DNA of 64,000 nucleotides. It comes from Lingula anatina. Its lineage: Eukaryota > Animalia > Brachiopoda. The notes below the pieces were generated by a model. It was not told where the DNA came from and did no database searches. It saw nothing but the letters and a program-made list of their open reading frames with translations. The stretch spans positions 9,424,001 through 9,488,000 of the forward strand of contig CM120643.1 of assembly GCA_051362555.1 (NCBI GenBank). Reading direction: 5' to 3'. The translations under genes and the position numbers were made by a program. How positions within the stretch are numbered: position 1 is the stretch's first letter; every line of letters begins with the position of its first letter. Positions 27,801-38,305 of the stretch are shown in pieces.

Positions 27801-30800
27801 GGGTCACATGACATAAAAGGTCAAGGCCATAGAGGATGAAAGTGAAACTCAAAAGGCACTCATTCAAAACTACATCTGTATTTTATTTTAGGTTTTCTTT
27901 GAGGTTTTGTTTTGTTAAAATGCAAGCTGAGTTTGACAATCTAAGATAGTTATTTAAATAAGATGACCTGAAAGTCACCGCTGAGGAGGCATAGGAGACG
28001 GCCACTATATTAAAAAGATGATGTATGTGTCACCGCTGAGGAGGCATGGGAGATGGCCACCATATTAAAAAAACGGCGTATGTTATTTCTGTGTGAAAGA
28101 CATGGGTAGTGAGATGCTGTACTTGTGTACCTCACTACCGTGTCTTTTGCATGGAGATGACACAAGATGCAGACTGCCTGGCAGGGAAGGTAAGAGGTGC
28201 AGGAAGAGATCTGTACATGCAGGAGAGGCATCGTGAGCCATCTCTGAAAATTTTTGGGAAAAAGGGGGTTGTGGGCACTTATTTTTTTTATGAAGATTAG
28301 GAAGAGCAATTTATGTTAGTTTGGTTGTATGGAGGGATTTTGTGTCAAACCTGAGGTTTACTATAATCTTTCGTATCTCTTGACAAATTCTTACAATTTT
28401 AAGGCATTATCAAATTGTAATGTCAAGTTCAGTCAGAAATCCCTTAGTTAAAGAATTTCTGCTCTGGATGGGCAATGAGATAAATTAATACCTTTATTGT
28501 ATTTTCTCTCCCACTTACTTTGAGTACACTTTTCAAGTATTTATCTGACCCAGAATAATGTTACTTTGTGTTGTTGGTTTTCTCTGGGCGTCAATCCTGG
28601 TATGTTGTAGTGCATGTACCAATGCTATCACAGCCAGTTTTGATGAGCCAGATGAAGCCTCAGAGTCTACACATTATTTTTTCTCAGAAGGAAAACCCTG
28701 ACAGCCAAATTTTTATCCAATATAACTCCCTATGTTATCTGTTATAGGGGTGTTAGGAGAATGGAGGTTTTTGCAGGTTTTGTGCAAAGAATAGCATGCA
28801 ATTATATGCACATTGGAAAGAGGCTTTCATGGACTAATCATAGTGTTTTGCTTTAGACAGCCAGCTTTTGCCAACATGTCAAAAAAGAAACTTAAGGAAA
28901 AGGAAAATAACATTAACTTAGAAAGCAGTACATTTTGAAATGATTTAGAAAGCAAGTTTGTTGCTCCACCTGGTTGACGACTAAGCAGCGCGTCTTGAAA
29001 TGATACTGATTTGAGCAAGGCAAGCTAGAGTCTCCACCTGGCTGTTGGTGCACAAGATGACTGTGATTTGATCTAAGCTGGTGGCTCCACCTGGCTTTTG
29101 GTGCACATGATGACTGTGGTTTGGTCCAAGCTGGTGGCTCCACCTGGCTGTTGGTGCACATGATGACTCTGGTTTGGTCCAAGCTGGTGGCTCCACCTGG
29201 CTGTTGGTGCACATGATGACTGTGGTTTGGTCTAAGCTGGTGGCTCCACCTGGCTGTGGTGCACATGATGACTGTGGTTTGGTCTAAGCTGGTGGCTCCA
29301 CCTGGCTGTTGGTGCACATGATGACTGTGGTTTGGTCTAAGTGGCAGTGGTATGTGTCAGTGGCAGCGTATCACAGCCTGCTTGGATCAGACTGCTTCTA
29401 TCTTCACACTTCACCATAACTCACTGCCTGCCTAACAAGACACCAGGGTTTGCATATTAATACAAGTTGTCGTGGTCACAGCTGCCTGGTTCGTTAACAT
29501 CACTGCAACTTTTTTTGCATGAATGTCACCATGATGCTCTCACTTAAACTGGCTAGAATGATGGAATGAACTTCTTGAACATCACCACTTATTTTGACTT
29601 TTACTATGTAGACTCTAGTATACGTGGTAAATGCTATCGGAATGATTGGGTGAAGAATTGAAATCTTTTCTTTCATTGTACCTGACCTAATGTTACAGAC
29701 TTTGGGAGCTCAAGTTATGGAAAATTTTCTCTTGTCAATATCAGCGATCTTGCGTAGAAGCACCCGTGGATGTGTCGTATGTAAGGAATGCGTTAGTTGA
29801 GATGAGTGTGTTGTGTGGCTGGTCAAAGTGGTTGTGACAGGGTGTGCTAGCTCTCCTATCACAGCCTGCTTTGATGAGCTGCACACAACACCAGACCACT
29901 GCCACTGGCTCTGCTTGTGATGGGATCTGGCGAATTGTTTTCCATAACATTGATACTGAAGTAATTATGGCCATGGAGTCCTGCTTTAGAAGAGAATTGC
30001 TATTCAGAGCTATTTTATTATTAAATATCTGTGGAAATTTTTAGAAGATAGGATATTCCTTAAAAGGAATCTAGTGTCTTAAATTTTCAACCTTCTGTGG
30101 ACTGTTCATATGGGCTGCTGTACATTGGAACGTGCTGCCATCTATTGTGGGAGACCAGCCCTCAGAGCTTCCTGTGTTATGTTTTTTTTCTGTCATATCA
30201 CAGCCTGCTTTGATGAGCTGTTTTACCATGCTGACTGTGTGATTGTCTCTGGTATAACATCCAGTCCCTAAGACCACAGATTTTGTGATTGTTCTAAGGC
30301 ATCATGACCTTTCAAAGAGGATGAACAAATTTTTTTTAAATGTTGCCACTTTTGTGTCTGTAAATTGATATTATTTCTGTATTTCCAGTGTCATTGCTGT
30401 TAAGTTTTTACAAGTTTCCTGTCGTTGCATGAAACCTTGGAAATGGGGTGACTTGTTGTTCTTGGAAGAAGTTAATATCTGGTTGCATTGAAATAGAATA
30501 ATATGATCACATATATGTCAGCCTACACTTGATGCTTCATAATTTTCCACAACAATTTCTTTAAAGACAGTCTCAGCGCGTTAAACCCTTAAAATAGCAC
30601 GAAAATGAATTTTCCTGGAAATCTCACCAATTTCCCCATAATGACCAAGGTATATCCTATCCAAAACCGTTCAGAAAATGAAGCTACCTAATACCGTTTT
30701 TAAGTTCCATTAAATAATAAAAGACGACTCGTCTTAAATACTCAGCTACCACCTCACAGTACGGCTTCAGAACGCGCAATTTTTCGCTAAGTCTCGCGGT

Positions 30801-33800
30801 TTACTATGAATGAAGTACTACGGCTGAGACCCGGATGTTACTATTTGGCGCCAAAACAGCAAACATGGCTCAGACGCGCGTCAAGTCTGAAGAGGAGAGC
30901 GACAAAAGGGGACGAAAGAAAATAGCCACTCCAGTTCGAAAGATACGAAAGAAAATTAGAGACAGATGAAGAAGCACTCAGACTGTGTATGTTGGGAGGG
31001 AGGTGGGGCGGTGGAGGACACTTAAAGCTGAGTTAGGACTCACATACGAGGCAATGGCGAAACTACTCCTCGACACGTGAGTATGCGCTTCACAGGTCTC
31101 AAGTGTAACTGATTATCATATTATCCTGTTCACAATAAATGACAATATTTGTGCTCATACAAAGTTGGTTACGTGTATAAGAGCGTTTTGGGCTTTACGT
31201 TTTCTGTTTTTGATCGGTACATGTACCGAAAAGATGGACAGGCGGCACTTACATGTCTGACAAGTTTCGCTGTGTAGTCGTGACGTCTATCTCATTCTGA
31301 CTGAAGCCTGCTGTGATTGGTCGTAAGCGTGGGAAAATCGAGGTCGTGACCTTGAGCCGGAAGTACTTCTGGCTGTGCTCCGAAATCATGATAAATAGTT
31401 TTCGTTTTCTAATTCTTTATTCTAGTTGTCTTAACAGGACTTTTGTGACTCAGACTTATTAATATAATAATAAACAATCTCACAAAATACAAATCTGATC
31501 AAAGTTTTACATAGAACCTGCTTCTATACATTAATCTAACCCACTGAGACTGTCTTTAAGTTTTCAAATTGATATTTAGTAAGGTACTTTTAAAGCTTAT
31601 ATCTGTTTTTTGCATGATTACTGAAAATCTGATCAATATCAAAGAAATATTTTGCTTGGACACAACAATTGTTTCGAGCAAATAAACAGCAATGGAAAAT
31701 TTGGTGAAAATAGCTGGGCCAGCAACTGCAGAACATTTTATATAAGAGGAGAGAGAGTTGTTATAATTCTAGGAAAAACCACCAACTCTTCATGATTCTT
31801 GTTCTGAAGTATTTGCTTCCCATAGCCATTGGAGGGGTTGTGATGTGTCTAAGAGATATCATATCACAGCCTGCTTTGATGAGCTATTGGCTGCTTTCCT
31901 CAACACTGAAATTATCACACATGAAGAAAACTTTGATACTTAGCCTATGAATCTGATGATTTTCATACAACTTGGGCAGTGCATATAATTGATGTGATAA
32001 AATTTTAATTATATTTTTGACATGAATTATATTTTGAAAATGGTTTACAAATTGGTCAAAAAGCTGGAGTTAAGAGTCTTATAAGAACAGGTGTTCAAAA
32101 GAGACTAGTTTCCCACCATTCAACAACAAGAAATCTGTCATTAAGCCATATTCTGGTCAGCTCGGATGGATCTAAAAACTGTATCAGTTAAACTATTTAT
32201 TTTGCATTTATTTTCTAGTTGATGAGCAAGATGACACCTCTGGTGGGGAGCGACATGGCAGAAAGGTTGTTTTTACCCAGATTTGTGGTTCTCTGCACAG
32301 ACCCTTTGTTTCACATCAGAAAGGTAAGACAGCGGCAGATATCTTTTAGCTGTGATGTTAACAGAAAACATGTATGTAGAAATTAAAGGTGTTTATGAAT
32401 TCGACATCTGTAGATAGTAATCAGGTAATAAGCCCTGGCCTTTTCCCAGGATTGGGGATGCAGGGCGCCTAAAATTACTACCTTTTCTTTCCTACAAAAT
32501 TTTGGGGAGTCCAAGTGTGCCTAAAGCCTTCATATATCCAAAAAATCAATAAGTCCTACAGCCGTCTCTGAAAATATAGGCCGGTTGGTGATGCTGGAGG
32601 CCATCCAAGTGACAGCTGGACGGTTTGCTGGGAAAACTCTTGAATTAGCCTATATTGGGAGTATGCTGTGGTGAAGTTGTTAATCCTGGTTGTTTGGATA
32701 TAGAAATAATTGTGAATGTTAAAGTTGTCCCATGTGTGTATTTGTTCAGGCTTTGGTGTCTGATTTGTTTTCTTGATAATATTGTATATGTATATGTGTA
32801 ATATGTATATGTGTAATAAGTATATGTGTAATATGTATATTATATGTGCTTCAGGTCTGTGCAGCTAACTTTGGTGAAATGTGCAGTGTTGTTGGCACCG
32901 CGGCTACGGAAAAGCATTTGGTATGTATAATATTTTTCCTCTTGTACACACTCACTCTCTCTCTTCTTCCCTCCCCCCCCCCAATTCCCCCTTTCATTCT
33001 TGTCAACTGATAAATGTTGCTTAGTTTGTTGTATCTTATCTTACGAAAACAGTGTTCTTCAGGGGAATGGTACAGCCTATTACAGATACGTTCAAAGAAA
33101 GAGTAAATGGCTGGCAATTAATGTAAATTATTAGTGCTAGTTTATAACACAACATATGCAATGAAATATTTTGTGGTGATGTTACGTCCTATATTGAGTT
33201 CTTTAGTAACAAAAAAATAAAGCATAAACATAAATACGAATGAAAACAAACACCTCAAATTAAAATGATAATATTTTACTAATTGAACTAAAACCTAACT
33301 AAACATACAATAACATTGAACTAAATAACTTAACGAATATGGGCTTTATAATGTTCAAACAAAATTAGTGTTCACAGGATAAGAGAGTCATTCCACGCAC
33401 TTCCATTTCATTGTCATTGTTCATTTGTGTAGGCCTACATACCTTCCTTGCGTTGTTCGTAATAGTCAATGCTTTTTCTCAACGTTACTTATCTTTTGTC
33501 AATCATAGTTCCCTCTCTGTTTTCAGTCAACTTGTGTACTGATGCATGTACAATCACTCGCTTTTTCAAGCTTCCATATTTTCCATCAACTTGTGTACTA
33601 GTACACGTACAGTCACTCACTTTCCTTTACCTCCATGTATAGTACTATACATCCACGATCAGTTAAGACGTAGTCCATCTATCCTAGCTCCTTGCTCTCC
33701 ACGCCTACATGTCTCTCTTTCCTTCCTATCTCAGTGGGTGTGTCCAAAAACCTCCACATCCAGGCTCCTTTATTTTTGTCCACAGTTGTCACCAAAGGTG

Positions 33801-36800
33801 ACCACAAGTTATACTCGCTATAGTTATAATGCCCATTGATAGGATACAATTGACAGGAGTACTAGTGCAACGTAACAGTGATCACAGCTTTATGTATAAA
33901 AATATGTATTTATTTATTTACTTCTGTAATTATGTGTTTACAGTTGCCAAAATTCCATTACCTTTGTGAAGATGGAGTGTGGAATGTCCGGAAAGCATGT
34001 GCAGAGTGTTTCACGGCCGTTTCGTGTGCGTGCTCACAAGAATGTCGCAAGAAAGAACTAGCTGGGCTGTTCATTAACTTATTATGTGATCAATCTAGAT
34101 GGGTAAGTACTGCATTAATTTTTAAAGTTTATTTTGTTTGTGAAGTTGGTACATGTTTGGCATTTCATACCAAAATCAAAATCCTTATTGTCTTTAGTGA
34201 TGCTGTGGTTACAATGGCCAAAATTTGTTTTGTTTATAGAATAAAATTAATTGAAGAAAGAGATCTTGGTTTAATTTGAAGGTCCAGTTTAGAATTTAGA
34301 AATACATGAATCTGCTGTTGCTAGAAAAATAATAGAAAGAGTAAAATAAACCCCTTCCAATCTGAACTGTTCATAAACCAAAGACCAAATTACAGATCAG
34401 CCGCCTGGTACCACATTATATCAGACAACCTGATTTTGATCAGTTGCCGTTTTCACTCATGTCACCCTTCACTAAACCCAAATGTCCTCTGATAAAACAT
34501 GTTTTTGTTTTTTCTTATCCAGGTGCGTATGGCAGCTTTCCAGGCTCTAGGTCCCTTCATCTCCACTTTTGCTGATCCCAGCATCACTGGGCTCTACTTC
34601 AATGAAGATGGTGTCTTATCGGTCGGACAGGTGGCGCCACAGAAAAACAAGTGAGATTTCCTTTATATTAGTTGTACAATAATTACTGAACTTACGTTTT
34701 TTTTTTTCTTTCTGACATTAAAGCAGTTTGAGGTAGTCATTTTGCTTTTCATATTGTTATTGATTCTAGAATTTACTTACTCCTAGTCAGCATGTTGTTT
34801 TGCTTAGATGAGCTGAATGCTGCAAGAAAAATTGATTAGAAATGAGAATTGCTCTTCATTTTTTGCAGCACCAAATCTCCAACAACAGAAGAGGCAAACA
34901 ACAACAAAAGTGATGGAGAGAAGAAGGGAGAAGAAGGAAATCCAGAGGGGACCAAAGAGGGTGACAAAGAGCAGGAGGTGAAGACTCCTGAAATTCCAAA
35001 CAACACAATTCAGCATCAAGAACAACAAATAGGCAGTAACAGTAATAATGCAAGGACTAGTACAAATGACACCGACAGCGTTCAGGATTCTAGGCAGGTG
35101 ACAGAATCGGTGTCTGATAAGAGTGGTTCCACGGCTGAAGAAGCTATTGACAATAGTCAGAATGATATTTTATCTATAGAAGATTACATAAATAACCTTG
35201 CTATGGAAATTGAGGCGAGTAGTTTAAGTGAAGAGAACGGCAGTGGAGATGGTATCGATAAGCATAATGACGTGCTTTCCGTCGAAGAAAAGCGTGCCGA
35301 AAAGTGGAAGCAGTCTCATCCCAGTGTGCCTCAGTCATCAGATCCCGATTCCGATGATGTCATTAACGCCTGTGATACACCAAGCGAACAAGGTTTTCAG
35401 AGTCAGGAATCAACCACCAGTGCCTCAGGGGCAACGCACATTCATTTGGACAATATGGCCGCCTTCTCCAGTTTTAATTACTGGCGGACGCCTTTACCCC
35501 AGTTAGATTTACACTTGGATATTGTTGAAGGTAAAGCTACAAATATTCACGTGACGGCAAAAGTGGTGGACCCAGTCCAGCATAAAGTGTTCTCCTCAAA
35601 AATGGACGTTGAGGTCGATAGCTCGCCAACACCCTCTTCTTCCGGAGACGGAGACTTGGAGCTCTCTGACGAAGGTGAGGTGAAAATCCATACTGCGAGT
35701 GTTAACTTGGTGAGTGCCGAGGAACCAGAGGAAACCGACTATATCGGCAGCATGCACGTGATTGGTCAGAATTTGAACGAGTCCACGATGGCTGTGATCA
35801 ATGGTGTGGTGCAAGGTACAGTAGGTAAACGTTGTCCAATGAAGGTCCCCCCACCCCCACCCCCCACCCCCCACCCCCCACCCAATTTGAAAAGTTGGAA
35901 AATTTCTTCCCCCTTTATTATGATCAGACAGTTTTGTGTTTGGACATTTCTGGTTGTTTAGGCCAGTGTCCTCCTTTACATGAATTCATATATATGGAAT
36001 CCTATATTCAGAAATGCCCTTTTCCAGGATTTTGCAATTCCAGACAAGAATGCCAGTTTTTTTTGTTTTTTTTTTGTTCCTCTAGTGTATTTATTGATGC
36101 ATTGTATTGCCATCATACAAATTTTAAAATGAAAAGTATGATGTTTCATGAAAATTGATTCATTTGCCCAAGATCTGTACTCTATTCTAAATCAGTATTT
36201 TTTTAATTTTCATTTTTAATGGATTTCATTCAATGGGAAAAGATGTTAAAATTCAACAGGAATGCCTAAAAGTATATTTCATTATTTGATTTGTTCCATA
36301 AATAATAGAACGCTTATAAACTTGTGAAATAACTCAGAATGATGATTTATCATAAAATTTAGTACCAAAACCCATCATAATGATAACAATATCAACCTTG
36401 CCTATGACACATGCCCACCACTCCATGTAATTATACCAAGGGCTCTTGCTCATCCTCTTGTTTCTCTAATATCTGTTTTAGTTGGAAGTACCTTCATCTT
36501 TTGTTGGTCTTTTGTAACCTATCTATAAAGTATGGGTCTTCAAGACCTTTGACATTCGACCACAGCACATTTATATAAAAATTTGCTTTGCTCAAAGATT
36601 GGTCTCAGTAATTTGCTGTATGCTGATTTTCACAAACTACCCTATCAAGAATTTTGCATGCTGAGCAAGATTGTTTATTAAAATAAAGTGATATCGTCTG
36701 TTAAGGATACAGTTTGTGGCAAGTCCATGATTTTTAATGAAAAGTCTGTTTCATTGGTTGTTTGCTGATGTAAGCTGTAGAGCTCGGCATCATTTGCATA

Positions 36801-38254
36801 TGAATATGTTTAACAGCTAGCACTTGGTGATCAATTTAAAATTGTAAATTTTTTTATCAAAAATTTCCAGATGTGAACTCACCCAGTGGTATGTACGGAG
36901 GCGAGGGTGGGGTGCCCTCGTTCACTCACACGTTCTCAGGGATGGAAATGGCCCACAGGGGGTCCACCAGCTCTACAGGGAATACCATTACCAAACTGCA
37001 GGTAAGTCTGCTGATCTCCATTCCTCATCCACCAGGCCCCATTTTCACAAAAAACTTTTAAGTCAGTTCCTTTGCTCAATTGACTAGGATTTCCATGAGA
37101 CTGCTGTTACATTGCTCCTGATAGGGTAAGATGTGCCCATGTGACCATGTAACCTTGGTAATTAAGTTCTTAGCCAGGGAACCTGACTTGAGTTTTTTTG
37201 TGAAACTGGGGCCAGGCAATTTTTAACCAGTTGTCAGGGATGAGATTTTTCTGACAATCGGGGAGTCGAAAAATTGCATTGACATTGGCATCCCCCTGGA
37301 CCTCACACCATATTTTCTGCCTTTTTCACTAAAGGACAGTCTCATACCTCAATTTTAGTGGAAGATATGCATTTGGTCATTTAGCAAACAGTAAAGAGTT
37401 ACTGTAAGTATCATCAGCAGTTTGCAATTTAGAGTGTTCATTTAGTTGATATGAAATTGAAAATGAATGCAAAGGTGACCTCTTGACATTGAATATCCTC
37501 AGGACGTGATCCCCCAGATTCTGCTGGACAACTACCTTAGCATGACTGATGCAGCCCAGGCCCAAACTGTGGATTCTGAAATAGCACGGCATTGTGCATA
37601 CAGCTTCCCAGCTGTGGCTTACACACTAGGCAGAGAACACTGGCCCTGTCTCAAGGATTTGTATGACCAACTGTCACAGAATATTCAGGTTTGTACTGAA
37701 ATATACTGTCCTGTATATCTGTGTCAGATCAGATGATTAGAGATAAGTTAAAACTTTACTACATGTCAAGCTGAAGCCAAGGTTAAACTCACAGTATATC
37801 TTTAAAACCTATAATATGTTGAAGAATCTTAGCTTTTATAACAAGTAAATTGAAATCTTAATTAAAGAAACTGTGAACCATAAGTACATTTCTTGGCTTT
37901 TATAAAAAGTAATTTGCAGTCTTAATGAAACATACTGTAGACCATAATTCATAATATATTTTAGTGGAAAGTGCGCCGCACGCTAGCATTTTCCATACAC
38001 GAGCTTGCGACCATCATGGGGCCTGAAGTGACGGAGAAGGACCTGGTGCCCGTGTTTGACGGCTTCCTGAAGGACTTGGACGAGGTGCGAGTAGGAGTGC
38101 TGACGCACCTGGCAGACTTCCTCAAGGTTAGTGTTGCCTTCTTGTCCTGTGTGCTACAAATCCTTGGAAAAAATTTAATTTATAAGTGACCCTATGAAAC
38201 TGGTTTAGGAGTTTGATGCAGTTTTATTCATGTCTGCAAGTTAGTGTCACAATT

Positions 38255-38305
<51 letters not shown>

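Noticed and set aside
28109-28300. ORF MRCCTCVPHYRVFC... as an extra PPP4R1 exon
   Set aside because: It overlaps the miR-71 hairpin, and exons 7 and 8 already join in frame with no missing conserved sequence.
28845-28875. miR-2-like string agacagccagcttttg
   Set aside because: The seed is broken (no ATCACAG) and there is no complementary 5' arm upstream.
29021-29341. CRISPR-like array (palindromic ggtgg-ct-ccacc repeats) and the repetitive ORFs 28913..29317 and 28981..29214
   Set aside because: The units are head-to-tail with no unique spacers, the context is eukaryotic with no cas genes, and the ORFs are just translations of the 53-bp repeat.
29430-29500. Possible sixth, degenerate miR-2 hairpin (ggtcacagctgcctgg)
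   Set aside because: Only short ccagg/cctgg pairing, a seed mismatch and an oversized loop; not supportable without small-RNA data.
34804-36158. Overlapping and antisense ORFs around the large PPP4R1 exon
   Set aside because: They are shadow frames of the real exon 12. The ends of ORF 34849..35961 (MLFIFC and the poly-Pro tail) are intronic.
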